Origin: an uncultured virus (IMG/VR IMGVR_UViG_3300027736_000024)
Taxonomy: Duplodnaviria; Heunggongvirae; Uroviricota; Caudoviricetes
Length of the DNA stretch: 64,000 nucleotides
Strand: one strand, 5' to 3'
Virus record (IMG/VR): IMGVR_UViG_3300027736_000024
Location: 1-64,000 of that record
The notes beneath the pieces are model-generated. The model saw only the letters and a list, made by a program, of their open reading frames with translations. It was not told the DNA's origin and ran no database searches. The stretch's first letter is position 1. Each line of letters begins with the position of its first letter. Of this stretch, positions 1 to 10,173 are shown piece by piece. The translations under genes were made by a program, and so were the position numbers.

Positions 1-903
1 TGTAGTCTTTCTATTGTTCTAGCAAAAGGTTTAGAATATAATGGTATTGAAGATGTGGCTTATTTTAGAGAAAAGTTATTTGCGGCTCTTAAGATTCCTA
101 AGGCTTTCATGGGATATGAAAAAGATTTAACTGGTAAAGCTACACTTGCAGCTGAAGATATACGATTTGCTAGAACAATAGAAAGACTACAAAGAATTCT
201 TATATCTGAACTAACTAAAATTGGTTTAGTACATTTGTATGCTCATGGATACACTAATGAAAGTGCTGCTAACTTTACTCTTTCACTAACTAATCCATCA
301 ATTATTTATGATCAAGAAAGGATTGCTCTATTTAAAGAGAAAATAGATCTTGCTAAACAAGCAATGGAAGGATCTCTTTTACCAAGAGACTTTATTTATG
401 ATAAAATATTCCACTTCTCAGAAGATCAATTTGGTGAATTAGAAGATCAAATAGTTGAAGATAAGAAAAGAGACTTTAGATATAAACAAATTGCTGAGGA
501 AGGAAATGATCCTTCAGAATCAGGCCAAGCATACGGAACTCCTCATCAGATAGCAAGTCTATATGGAGGAAAAGAAGATCAAGTTCTTAATGCTCCTTAT
601 GGATATGATGAAAATAAACCAGGACGTCCTAAAAGTTTTAGTTCAATTAAAGATACAGATAAGTCTGCTTTTGGTCGTGATCCTATTGGTAGTGCTGATA
701 GAATGGATTCTAATGAAACAGGTGAAGATACTATGAAACCAAATTTTAAAGGCGGGTCTGCTTTAGCGCTTGAAAATACAATGACCGAATATTTAAAAAA
801 TAGGAGCATGTTCTCTAAAATGAATAAAGTTTCAAGAAAAGTAAAACTCTTTGAAGAGTCAAATCTTTTAAGTGACGAGAATATAATCGAGGGTTTAGAT
901 TAA
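1..903 (+). CDS. gp20: T4-like portal protein (gp20), C-terminal part; gene begins upstream of the window
   Basis: Frame open from base 1; KGLEYNGIEDVAYFREKLFAALKIPKAF and AAEDIRFARTIERLQ are gp20-type motifs; lies upstream of protease, scaffold and capsid. Confidence 0.9.
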   Translation, partial: CSLSIVLAKGLEYNGIEDVAYFREKLFAALKIPKAFMGYEKDLTGKATLAAEDIRFARTIERLQRILISELTKIGLVHLYAHGYTNESAANFTLSLTNPSIIYDQERIALFKEKIDLAKQAMEGSLLPRDFIYDKIFHFSEDQFGELEDQIVEDKKRDFRYKQIAEEGNDPSESGQAYGTPHQIASLYGGKEDQVLNAPYGYDENKPGRPKSFSSIKDTDKSAFGRDPIGSADRMDSNETGEDTMKPNFKGGSALALENTMTEYLKNRSMFSKMNKVSRKVKLFEESNLLSDENIIEGLD

Positions 904-910
904 TATATAG

Positions 911-918
911 ATATTTAT
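911..918 (+). promoter_or_regulatory. ATATTTAT putative phage late-promoter motif (first of about 21 intergenic copies)
   Basis: Same 8-mer upstream of starts at 911, 3609, 5363, 5388, 8274, 12149, 13554, 15374, 17475, 21751, 26383, 26702, 26982, 29570, 30759, 31820, 42779, 47639, 49848, 55048, 57732. Confidence 0.7.
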
Positions 919-939
919 TACTAGAGTATTCAAAAAACT

Positions 940-1791
940 ATGGCTATAAAACATTCAAAATATCGCAATACCGGTATTTTATTCGAATTACTAGTTAGAC
1001 AGACTACATCTGATCTAATTAATAATCAAGATTCAAAGGCTGTTAAAATATTAAAAAAATATTTCACTAATACAGAATTAGGAAAGGAATATAGCCTATA
1101 TGGAACATTTTCATCCAGCCCAAAATTAACAGAAGCTAAATCAGAGATTCTTATTTCTACTATTATAGAACAATATAATAAGTTAGATCACGATAAGATA
1201 AATAAGTTAAAGTATAATTTAATTAAAGAAATTAAAGCAAATTACGATTTAGATAATTTTTTTAAAGCCAAAATAGAAAATTATAAGCCTTTTGCTTCAA
1301 TTTATACTATATTTGAATCTCAAAATAGTGAATCTGTTGATACAAAACAACTAATTCTAAATAAAATTAATCTTTTAGAACATCTATCAGTAAAATCTTT
1401 AGATGATACTAAAGCTCCAAAGTCACTGATCCAGGAGTTTATGAAAGAAGATAAAGAAATTAGACTAATGGCTTATAAAATACTTGTAGAAAAATTCAAT
1501 AACAAGTATCAAAACATGTCTGAAAAGCAAAAAGATGTATTAAAAGAATATATTACAAACATTTCTGATACAAAAAATTTAAGAGTTTATCTAAATGGAC
1601 AATTAAAGACCATAAAATCAGAATTAGTATCACTAAAAGAATCTACACAAGATCAAGTTGTAAAAATTAAATTAGAAGAAGTACTTAAGTTTGTTACTCC
1701 TATTAAAGAGAATCAAACTATTAAAGACGAGATAATTACTGGTATTCTTCAGTATCTAGATTTAATTGATGAGCTAAAAAGATCTGCATAA
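940..1791 (+). CDS. Hypothetical head-module protein
   Basis: 283 aa ORF between portal and protease, preceded by ATATTTAT. Confidence 0.6.
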   Translation: MAIKHSKYRNTGILFELLVRQTTSDLINNQDSKAVKILKKYFTNTELGKEYSLYGTFSSSPKLTEAKSEILISTIIEQYNKLDHDKINKLKYNLIKEIKANYDLDNFFKAKIENYKPFASIYTIFESQNSESVDTKQLILNKINLLEHLSVKSLDDTKAPKSLIQEFMKEDKEIRLMAYKILVEKFNNKYQNMSEKQKDVLKEYITNISDTKNLRVYLNGQLKTIKSELVSLKESTQDQVVKIKLEEVLKFVTPIKENQTIKDEIITGILQYLDLIDELKRSA

Positions 1792-2507
1792 TGAAAGAAT
1801 TTAATCAACAATTTTCAACACTACGTCTTAGAGAAGAGTTTGAAGGTCAGTATGACAAAGTATTATTTTCTACAAATGATCCTAAAGTAGACAATCTATT
1901 AAATACAGAATTTTACGATAAATTAGATAAAGATGGAGACTACTATTCTCTAGATGCCGATACATTTGATAAATTCGAAGACAAGGCTTTTAGTATGGGA
2001 CTTAATATGACTGATATTGTAAAAAAAGAAAATGTAGATGAAGAAGGATCTGTAACTGGTGGAGGCGAAGCTTTTTTACCAGGTCTTGATGTACCTGAGA
2101 AGGTATATAAAGCAGGATACACTAAAAAAGTAAAAGAAGCTAAAGATGTTGAGCCAAAACTAGCTGCTGGTAAAAGTAAAAATATAATGAAAGGTTGGGA
2201 AGAAGCTCCATCAATACCTAATCGCCCTTCAAAAGGAGGATTTATCTATAAGCAATTATTTGAGTATTTAAAAGAACCTTTACAAGAAGGAATTAAAACA
2301 GAAATAACTAAGCGTAATAAATCTCAACAATTTAATGAAGCTGCTAAGTTAGCAAATAAAAAATTAAAAGAAGTAAATGCTATATTAGAATATGCTTCTA
2401 AATTAAAATTAGAATTACATGAGACAGGAAATGCTCCGACAAACCGTCTTATGGAAAAAATAAAATTATCAGTTGTAGAAGCTTATAAAAAGATAAAAGA
2501 GCTATAA
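1791..2507 (+). CDS. Hypothetical charged protein, possible prohead core/internal protein
   Basis: 238 aa, TAATG-coupled, many (L/V/F)-x-E tripeptides. Confidence 0.5.
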   Translation: MKEFNQQFSTLRLREEFEGQYDKVLFSTNDPKVDNLLNTEFYDKLDKDGDYYSLDADTFDKFEDKAFSMGLNMTDIVKKENVDEEGSVTGGGEAFLPGLDVPEKVYKAGYTKKVKEAKDVEPKLAAGKSKNIMKGWEEAPSIPNRPSKGGFIYKQLFEYLKEPLQEGIKTEITKRNKSQQFNEAAKLANKKLKEVNAILEYASKLKLELHETGNAPTNRLMEKIKLSVVEAYKKIKEL

Positions 2508-3457
2508 TGAAGAACGAAAAATACCAATTACAAAAATTAGCTGGTCTTCTTAAAGAAAATATTAATGAAGCCAGTTCCAAATCAGCAGCCGAAAAATTAG
2601 AGGCTATACTTATCAATTTAAGTCGTAATATATCAACAGATTCTAATATACCAACAGCTTCAAAACAAGGACTATTAGGTGCTTTCAATGAAATGATGGA
2701 TATAGTTAATGATATCTTAGATGCTGAAGAAGCTGATTCATTCTATGATGATGACGACTACGGCTCAGACGACCCAGAAGACGGTCATGGCCCTATGGAA
2801 GAAGACGAAATAAGTGAAGCTTATGTACCAAGTAATATAAAAAAGTTTGCAAAAGACAAAGGTGTAACCTCTTTGGTAAATAAAGTTGCCGCATGGGCAG
2901 AAAAAGCAGGTAAAGGAATCAGAGGCGGTACAGCAGTAGGTAAAAACTATAATACACTCGTATTAGATTTAGGAAATCAAGACGGATCAATTAGTATAGA
3001 TATTCCTGAAGACGATGACAAAAAGCCTATTATAAAATTATATCATAAAGTTGTATTTGATGCTAAATCATTTGCAGCCGTATTAAATGCACAATCTGAT
3101 GATAAAAATATATCAGAGTTAGATGCTAATGATCCTATTTTAATGAAAGTAAGAGCTGCAGCATATCAAAAATCTCAACCAAAATCTGAACCTGTAAAAA
3201 CAATTAATCCTGATTATAAGGCTATTAAAAATTCTGAAAAGATTAAAGTACTTTTAAGGCACAGAGCTGAATTAATGAGTGATATGGAGCAAGAAGCAGA
3301 ACCAGAAGGCGGGCCAATTGCTGATAGATATGGACGTGATTTAAATAGAATTGATAAAGCCCTTGCAAAGTTAAGAGGACAAGATTCTGAAACTAATTCA
3401 TATATGGATAAAGCAGAAATAGAAAGAAGAGCCGCAACAATAATGCGACTACCATAA
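2507..3457 (+). CDS. Hypothetical acidic protein, possible internal head protein
   Basis: 316 aa; N-terminal LQKLAGLLKENINE; modular, with ISE/INE spacers. Confidence 0.5.
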   Translation: MKNEKYQLQKLAGLLKENINEASSKSAAEKLEAILINLSRNISTDSNIPTASKQGLLGAFNEMMDIVNDILDAEEADSFYDDDDYGSDDPEDGHGPMEEDEISEAYVPSNIKKFAKDKGVTSLVNKVAAWAEKAGKGIRGGTAVGKNYNTLVLDLGNQDGSISIDIPEDDDKKPIIKLYHKVVFDAKSFAAVLNAQSDDKNISELDANDPILMKVRAAAYQKSQPKSEPVKTINPDYKAIKNSEKIKVLLRHRAELMSDMEQEAEPEGGPIADRYGRDLNRIDKALAKLRGQDSETNSYMDKAEIERRAATIMRLP

Positions 3458-3483
3458 AAAATTTAAATAAAAAATAAATAGCC

Positions 3484-3609
3484 ATGGCAAAAGCTGCAAG
3501 TAGTTTAATTAAAATTAGTTTTGGTAAAAAGAAAAAAGGAGTTGCAAAAAAATCATTTAATAAACATGATAGAAAAGAAAGAAACTATCGTGGACAAAGA
3601 AAAGCCTAA
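3484..3609 (+). CDS. Small basic protein (41 aa, ends NYRGQRKA), not in the ORF track
   Basis: Translated by hand: MAKAASSLIKISFGKKKKGVAKKSFNKHDRKERNYRGQRKA; fills the gap; resembles small basic YRGQ proteins of T4-like phages. Confidence 0.65.
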   Translation: MAKAASSLIKISFGKKKKGVAKKSFNKHDRKERNYRGQRKA

Positions 3610-3621
3610 TATTTATAGAAT

Positions 3622-4713
3622 ATGACAACACTAGAATTATATAAGAAACATAAATCCGGAACAGTAAGCCGTGATAAATTTCTATACGAAGTTCGTAGAG
3701 ATAATAATTTACCTTGGGTAACTAACATTACATCTTATGATGATGCAGTAAAAATCCTTAAAAACAAAGGCATTATTCGTGAAATGGATGCTAATGTTGC
3801 AGTAGATCCAGCTGTTGATCTTGTAAATCCTTATTTCCTTAAAAAAGGAGTTCAATCTATTCTTGCAAAAGAGAAAGAATTAACTAATGATTCTTATGTA
3901 AATGCTCTTAATAAAGCAGCTAAAAATTTAATAAAAGATCCAAACTTCTACGAAGTAGACATGCTAGCTAATGCGGATGAGATTGAAAAAGCTGATGCTA
4001 AACTTCAAATGGAGCCTGTTAAAAAAGACAACTTTAATAATGAAGATCGTGAGATGAAGAAGATTAAAGGTAAAAATGATGCTAAAGCTAATACTAAAGT
4101 TAGTACTAAAGAAAATAAAAAAGGAAAACCAAAAGGTGTAGAGATCATGAAAGAAGCAGTTCTTGATGAACTTCTTTCTTCCCTTAAAAAAAAAGATTTA
4201 GTTAATGAAGATATACATCCTACTTATAATGTAGGTGCCGAAGTATATACTCATAATGGTAAGGGTAAAATAAAAGAAATTATTGGTAGTACTTTTACTA
4301 TTGAAATGGAAGATGGCTCTTTAGAAGATGTTCAAATAAATACTGTAGATCATCATACAGAAAAAGCTAAAGAGGCAGAAAATGAAACCCAACTTAATAA
4401 GCATGAATTAGATGCTGCTTGGGCACAAAGAGATAAAGAAAATCCCAAAGTATTTGGTGGAATGCTTGGTGATCCTGAATATTGGCAAACACCTTTAGAT
4501 CCTGAGACTATCAAAAAATATATTGACAAGTATAAGGATGATAAAGAAAAAATAAAACGTCTTTATACTAAGCTAAAAGAATTAACTATTATAAAAAAGA
4601 AAGGCGGTTCTGCAATACCTGGCGCTGTTTTTGGAAGTCCAGGAACAGCAACGCAATATATAAATTCTTTAGAGCCATCTGCAAAAAGTCAAGTAATACA
4701 ACAAAATTTATAA
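3622..4713 (+). CDS. Hypothetical charged head-module protein
   Basis: 363 aa ORF with ATATTTAT upstream, coupled to the protease gene. Confidence 0.55.
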   Translation: MTTLELYKKHKSGTVSRDKFLYEVRRDNNLPWVTNITSYDDAVKILKNKGIIREMDANVAVDPAVDLVNPYFLKKGVQSILAKEKELTNDSYVNALNKAAKNLIKDPNFYEVDMLANADEIEKADAKLQMEPVKKDNFNNEDREMKKIKGKNDAKANTKVSTKENKKGKPKGVEIMKEAVLDELLSSLKKKDLVNEDIHPTYNVGAEVYTHNGKGKIKEIIGSTFTIEMEDGSLEDVQINTVDHHTEKAKEAENETQLNKHELDAAWAQRDKENPKVFGGMLGDPEYWQTPLDPETIKKYIDKYKDDKEKIKRLYTKLKELTIIKKKGGSAIPGAVFGSPGTATQYINSLEPSAKSQVIQQNL

Positions 4714-5345
4714 TGAACAAACAACTTCTAATAGAATATAATGCATTTAGCCCGCTTCCTCATTCATTAACTGAAGGTAGAAGATTAGCTAATGGTAATA
4801 TGGTAGTATCTGGTTTAGTTCAGGCTTGTGACAAGCCTAATGCAAATCATAGAATATATCCATATGGAATTCTATTTCAACAAGTTGAAAAATATATTGC
4901 AGGTCCTATTGCTGAAAATAGAGCTTTAGGAGAATTAGATCATCCAGAATCTAGTGTTATTAATCTTAAAAATGTTAGTCATAATATAATTAAGATGTGG
5001 TGGGATGGAAAAGATCTTTATGGAGATATTGAAATACTTCCAACTCCTTCTGGTAATATATTAAAGGAATTATTTAGAAATAATATTACTGTGGGAATTT
5101 CATCTAGAGCTATGGGTTCTGTTTCTCCTATTGGTGAAGGTCTAGTACAAGTTGAAGACGATCTTGATCTTATTTGTTGGGATTTTGTTTCAACACCATC
5201 AACATATGGTGCATACATGAAACCTGTTTCTGGATTAAGAGAATCTGTTGATAGAAATATTCAACAAAATACAAATACCTCTAAGATTAACAGAATGATT
5301 TCTGATATTATTTGTTCTCAGTCAGGCATCTGTTGCCTTCACTAG
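4713..5345 (+). CDS. gp21: Prohead protease (T4 gp21-like)
   Basis: NANHRIYP, ALGELDHP, VGISSRAMGS, WDFVSTPST motifs. Confidence 0.93.
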   Translation: MNKQLLIEYNAFSPLPHSLTEGRRLANGNMVVSGLVQACDKPNANHRIYPYGILFQQVEKYIAGPIAENRALGELDHPESSVINLKNVSHNIIKMWWDGKDLYGDIEILPTPSGNILKELFRNNITVGISSRAMGSVSPIGEGLVQVEDDLDLICWDFVSTPSTYGAYMKPVSGLRESVDRNIQQNTNTSKINRMISDIICSQSGICCLH

Positions 5346-5487
5346 TAAAAATATTTTTGTAAATATTTATTTTTGCAGTAAATCTACATATTTATTGCAT
5401 ATGTACTAATTCTAATATAGTACTACTAGATTACAATCCTATATTGCTTCCTAATCTAATAAGCAATTACAATCAACATTTTTACAA

Positions 5488-6537
5488 ATGAGTAACCTTT
5501 ACCAGGATGCAATCCTCGATGCTAAAGCTTTACGCGCTAGTGCAATGGCCAACGCAAAAGCCGCTTTAGAAGAAGCATTTGAGCCTAAGATCCAAGAAAT
5601 GATGCGTCTTAAACTCTCTGAAGAGTTTGATTCGTTAGAAGAAGATGACAATGGCATAGCTGCCGATGATGTCTCAACTGATGCTATAAATGACATGGAA
5701 GAAGAATCTGTATCTCCAGTAGGTATGGAAGAAAACATGGACATTAATGAAGCTGAACTTGAAGAAATTCTTGCTCAACTAGAAGAATTATCAAAAGAAG
5801 AAGATCAATCACCACTTCAAGAAGCTGAAGAAGCTGATGAGGCTGAAGAAGCTGAAGAAGATGATGAAGATTCTAAAGAAATTGGAGATGAAACAAAAAT
5901 CATCGATATTACTTTAGGAGATCTTAAACAAGTACTTCAATCTGTAATGGCAGGAGCTGAAACAATGGATCTAGGAATGGATCAAGATGTTTCTGATGCA
6001 GAAGCCAATGACGCAGAAGCTGAATCTGAAATCTCTCTTGATGAAATTCTAGCTGAACTTGAAATGGAAGAAGGTAATGAAAAAGCGGGACAGTATGAAG
6101 CTGAACTAACTTCAGAAACTGATAACCAATCTTCTAAAAAAGACATGTTTGAAAAGAAGCACAAAAAAGAAGAAGATGACGGTGAACTTGAAGAAGCTAA
6201 AGCTACTATTGAAACACTTCGTCAAAATCTTCAAGAAGTTAATCTTCTTAATGCTAAGTATCTTTACATGAATAAGTTGTTTAAATCTAAGTCTTTAACT
6301 GAATCTCAAAAAGTAAAAGTTATCAACGCTCTTGATCGTGCTAGTAATGTAGCAGAAGTTAAGAACACTTATGAAACTTTGAAAGAGTCTTTTAGTGAAA
6401 CTAAGAAAACTCAACTTAAAGAATCAATTGGTTTTGCTTCACAAGCCGCAGGTATGGCTCCAAAAGGTAATATAGTGGATGCAGATCCATTTATTAACAG
6501 ATGGCAGACACTTGCTGGTATTTCAAAAAGAAAATAA
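5488..6537 (+). CDS. Prohead scaffold/core protein (gp22-like)
   Basis: Very acidic coiled-coil protein located between protease and major capsid. Confidence 0.75.
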   Translation: MSNLYQDAILDAKALRASAMANAKAALEEAFEPKIQEMMRLKLSEEFDSLEEDDNGIAADDVSTDAINDMEEESVSPVGMEENMDINEAELEEILAQLEELSKEEDQSPLQEAEEADEAEEAEEDDEDSKEIGDETKIIDITLGDLKQVLQSVMAGAETMDLGMDQDVSDAEANDAEAESEISLDEILAELEMEEGNEKAGQYEAELTSETDNQSSKKDMFEKKHKKEEDDGELEEAKATIETLRQNLQEVNLLNAKYLYMNKLFKSKSLTESQKVKVINALDRASNVAEVKNTYETLKESFSETKKTQLKESIGFASQAAGMAPKGNIVDADPFINRWQTLAGISKRK

Positions 6538-6550
6538 AATAAATAAAACA

Positions 6551-8206
6551 ATGGCAAACTTAGTACAATCTTTACTAACCGAATCTGCCCAAACAGCATT
6601 CTCTGATCAACATGGTGTTGCTCAGAAATTATGCAAGAAATGGGTAAAATCAGGTCTTTTAGAAGGCCTTCAAGATTACGACAAAAATAACATGTCGTTA
6701 ATGCTTGAGAATCAAGCTAAACAATTAGTAATCGAATCTTCTCAAACAGGTGGAACTGGCACACAAGCAACTTTCACAGCTGGTAACGGCGAACAATGGG
6801 CTGGTGTAGCTTTACCTTTAGTTCGTAAGATCTTTGGTCAAATCGCATCTAAAGAGTTCGTTTCAGTTCAACCAATGAACTTACCTGCAGGTTTGGTGTT
6901 CTATCTTGATTTCCAATACGGAAATACAAAATCACCTTTTACTGCTGATACTTCTATTTATGGTACTGCAACTGCAAACTTTGGTAACGCGGCTGCTGGC
7001 GGTCTTTATGGAGCTGGTCGTTTTGGTTATTCTTTAAACCAATTCTCTGCTTCTATTGTAGGCCCAACCTCAGCTTCTGCAACTCAGTTTGAAGTAGATT
7101 ACGATGCTGCTTATACAGCTTCTACTCCAAATGGTATTGTTAAATTAACTGTACCAACTTCATCATTAAGTGGATCTTTAAATTTTGATGGTGTTCGTGC
7201 TTTCACTATTGCTACTGGTTCTGGTACTTTTGCTGTTACTGATGTTCTTCAGCAATTTACAGCCGTATCTTCAAGTGCTGCTGGTGTATTTATCAACTTC
7301 TTTATTAACAAAGGATTTTCTGGTAGTACAACTGCGCCTTATATCGTTAGCTATAATAAAGCTACTGATTTTAACTCACGTGGTGATTTCGAAGATCGTT
7401 CAGGACTTCCTGCAGTTCCTAATAATCAGTCTGCGACTTCAATTGTTATCCCTGATATCAATGTACAAATGAAGAGCCAAACCATTTCTGCTAAAACTCG
7501 TAAGTTAAAAGCACAATGGACTCCAGAATTTGCACAAGACCTTAACGCTTATCATTCACTTGATGCTGAAGCTGAATTGACTGGTCTTCTTTCTGAACAT
7601 ATCTCTCTTGAGATTGATCTTGAAATATTAGACATGTTAATTCAAAATGCTCCAACTATTGAGTACTGGTCTGCAAAGGTTGGTAATCAAATTAACCAAA
7701 ATGCGTCTACTGGATTTACTGCAAACACTGCTGGTGTTTATTATACTCAAATGAGTTGGTTCCAAACTCTTGGAATTAAACTTCAAAAAGTATCTAACAT
7801 CATTCACCAACGTACATTACGTGGTGGTGCTAACTTCCTAGTTGTTTCTCCAACTATCGCTACTATCCTTGAATCAATCCCTGGATTTGCAGCTGATACC
7901 GATGGTGCAGCAGATACTATGAAATATGCATTTGGTGTTCAGAAAATTGGCCAATTAAATAGTCGTTATAAAGTATACAAAAACCCTTACATGGTTGAGA
8001 ACGCTATCCTTTTAGGATTCCGTGGTAATCAATTCCTTGAGTGTGGTGCTGTTTACTCTCCATACGTTCCATTGATTATGACTCCACTTGTGTACGATCC
8101 AAATACCTTCACTCCAAGAAAAGGTATTATGACTCGTTACGCAATGACTATGGTACGTCCTGAATACTATGGTTTAGTATTGGTAGCTGATACCAACGTT
8201 ATCTAA
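6551..8206 (+). CDS. gp23: Major capsid protein (T4 gp23-like); start reassigned to ATG 6551
   Basis: VSVQPMNLPAGLVFYL, AKTRKLKAQWTPEFAQDLNAYH, YSPYVPL, PRKGIMTRY; the upstream ATG overlaps the scaffold gene. Confidence 0.96.
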   Translation: MANLVQSLLTESAQTAFSDQHGVAQKLCKKWVKSGLLEGLQDYDKNNMSLMLENQAKQLVIESSQTGGTGTQATFTAGNGEQWAGVALPLVRKIFGQIASKEFVSVQPMNLPAGLVFYLDFQYGNTKSPFTADTSIYGTATANFGNAAAGGLYGAGRFGYSLNQFSASIVGPTSASATQFEVDYDAAYTASTPNGIVKLTVPTSSLSGSLNFDGVRAFTIATGSGTFAVTDVLQQFTAVSSSAAGVFINFFINKGFSGSTTAPYIVSYNKATDFNSRGDFEDRSGLPAVPNNQSATSIVIPDINVQMKSQTISAKTRKLKAQWTPEFAQDLNAYHSLDAEAELTGLLSEHISLEIDLEILDMLIQNAPTIEYWSAKVGNQINQNASTGFTANTAGVYYTQMSWFQTLGIKLQKVSNIIHQRTLRGGANFLVVSPTIATILESIPGFAADTDGAADTMKYAFGVQKIGQLNSRYKVYKNPYMVENAILLGFRGNQFLECGAVYSPYVPLIMTPLVYDPNTFTPRKGIMTRYAMTMVRPEYYGLVLVADTNVI

Positions 8207-8229
8207 TAATAACAATTAGATATATAATA

Positions 8230-8258
8230 AAGCCCAACCCCGTAAGGTTGGGTTTTTT
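8230..8258 (+). terminator. Rho-independent terminator after the major capsid gene
   Basis: AGCCCAACC-loop-GGTTGGGTT followed by a T run. Confidence 0.85.
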
Positions 8259-8296
8259 ATTTACTATAACTCAATATTTATTTGAAAAGGTATCTG

Positions 8297-8968
8297 ATGG
8301 ACAATCCAAAAAAAACTGCAAAGAGGTCTTTAAAAAATCCAATTAAGTTCGGAGTAAATTTAAATGAAGAACAAAAACAAGCAAAAGCGGTTATATTAAG
8401 TAATAAAATAACTGTTTTAAGAGGTCAAGCAGGTTCTGGTAAATCTTTAGTTGCGGCTCAAGTTGCTTTAGATCTTTTATTTCATCGTGAAGTTGAAAAA
8501 ATAATCCTAACAAGGCCCGCAGTAACATCAGGTGAAGAGATAGGATATCTTCCAGGAGATAAAGATGCTAAATTAGCTCCTTATACAGCAGCTATATATG
8601 ATAATATGTATAGGCTTTATAATAAAGAGAAAATAGATAAAGCAATACTAGAGGGAGAAATAGAAGTTATACCTTTAGCATTTATGAGAGGTAGAAATTT
8701 ATCAAATTGTTGTATTGTAGTAGATGAAGGGCAAAATATTACACATAGACAAATGGAATTAATGTTAGGTCGTATTTGTAATGGTAGTAGAATGATTATA
8801 TGCGGTGATGGCGCACAGATTGATTTAAAAGATAAAAAAATGAGTGGTTTTAATTTCATATGTACTAATTTTAAAGAGGTACCAGGTTTTAGTATAGTCA
8901 CTTTGAAAACAAATCATCGTGATCCAATAGTAGAAAAAATTCTTGAAATATATAAAGCACACGATTAA
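8297..8968 (+). CDS. phoH: PhoH-family ATPase
   Basis: Walker A GQAGSGKS, IILTRP, GYLPG, AFMRGR, VDEGQN, ICGDGAQID; ATG 8297 chosen over TTG 8282. Confidence 0.93.
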   Translation: MDNPKKTAKRSLKNPIKFGVNLNEEQKQAKAVILSNKITVLRGQAGSGKSLVAAQVALDLLFHREVEKIILTRPAVTSGEEIGYLPGDKDAKLAPYTAAIYDNMYRLYNKEKIDKAILEGEIEVIPLAFMRGRNLSNCCIVVDEGQNITHRQMELMLGRICNGSRMIICGDGAQIDLKDKKMSGFNFICTNFKEVPGFSIVTLKTNHRDPIVEKILEIYKAHD

Positions 8969-10164
8969 TGGCAACAACACAGATATATGATGGTACTCCT
9001 ATAGCAATTTCTGGATCAACTCCGTTTGGTTTCTATGATAATGATAGTCAATACCAATCAGACGGACCTAAAGTAGCAAACTATGTTGCAAGAAAATTAG
9101 GATACCCTGTAATGGAAGTTGAACTTCAAGATATAAACATATATGCGTGTTTTGAAGAAGCTGTATCTGTCTATTCAGAAGAATTATATCTATCTAAAAT
9201 TAAAGATAACTATTTAAGTTTAGAAGGAGGATCAACTGGATCTGTATTAAATAATACAGTAGTTGTTCCAAATCTTAATGCAATAGTAACTATAGCTGAA
9301 AACTATGGAGCACAAATTGGCATTGGTGGTTATTCTGAGGTATATAAAGCTCCTTTATATTTAACTGCTGGTAAACAAATATATGATTTACAAGCCTGGG
9401 CTCTTAGCGGAAGTCTAATAGAGCCAGGTGATAGTGTTGTAATAAACAAAATATATTATGAAGCTCAACCAGCTATTAATCAATACTATGATCCATATAT
9501 TGGAGGATCAATAAACTATCAAGGTGCAACAGAAAATTTTGGTTGGGCTTCTTATTCTCCTGGATTAAATTTTGTATTATTCCCTGTATATTGGGATATT
9601 CAAAGAATTCAAGAAATTGAAATGTCTAACACTGTTAGAAGATCTGCATATTCTTTTGGAATAGCAAATAATAAATTAACTATATTTCCTTTTCCTGAAA
9701 TAGACGGTATTGTAGTTTGGGTTGACTATTGGAAAAAAAGTGAATTAGCTAGTATAAGTGGTAATAGTCCTTATGGAAGTGGAACGAGTAGTACTAGCGG
9801 TCCATCTTATGGAGGTGGATTAATAACAAATCCATCAAATGTGCCATATACAAATGTTACATATAATCAAATAAACCAACCAGGAAGACAGTGGATCTAT
9901 GAATTTACATTAGCTCTTGCATCTGAACTTTTAGGTTTAGTAAGAGGTAAGTATACTCAAATACCTGCTCCTGGTTCAGAAGTTACTCTTAATGGCGCTG
10001 ATTTAATTTCTAAAGGAAAAGATACTCAAGCCGCATTAAGAGAAAGATTAAGAGGCGATTTAGTAGATCTAAGCAGACAAGCTCAATTAGAAAGAAAACA
10101 ATCAGAGAATCAATCTATTTCAAGTACTTTAAATGAAGTACCCATGTTTATTTATATCGGATAA
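8968..10164 (+). CDS. Neck/head-tail adaptor (gp13-like)
   Basis: RKLGYPVMEVEL, ELLGLVRGKY, VTLNG motifs; position after the capsid gene. Confidence 0.75.
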   Translation: MATTQIYDGTPIAISGSTPFGFYDNDSQYQSDGPKVANYVARKLGYPVMEVELQDINIYACFEEAVSVYSEELYLSKIKDNYLSLEGGSTGSVLNNTVVVPNLNAIVTIAENYGAQIGIGGYSEVYKAPLYLTAGKQIYDLQAWALSGSLIEPGDSVVINKIYYEAQPAINQYYDPYIGGSINYQGATENFGWASYSPGLNFVLFPVYWDIQRIQEIEMSNTVRRSAYSFGIANNKLTIFPFPEIDGIVVWVDYWKKSELASISGNSPYGSGTSSTSGPSYGGGLITNPSNVPYTNVTYNQINQPGRQWIYEFTLALASELLGLVRGKYTQIPAPGSEVTLNGADLISKGKDTQAALRERLRGDLVDLSRQAQLERKQSENQSISSTLNEVPMFIYIG

Positions 10165-10173
10165 ATTTATACT

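Noticed and set aside
6479..6550. N-terminal extension of the major capsid protein given in the ORF track
   Set aside because: It overlaps the scaffold gene; ATG 6551 has the A-rich initiation context typical of this genome
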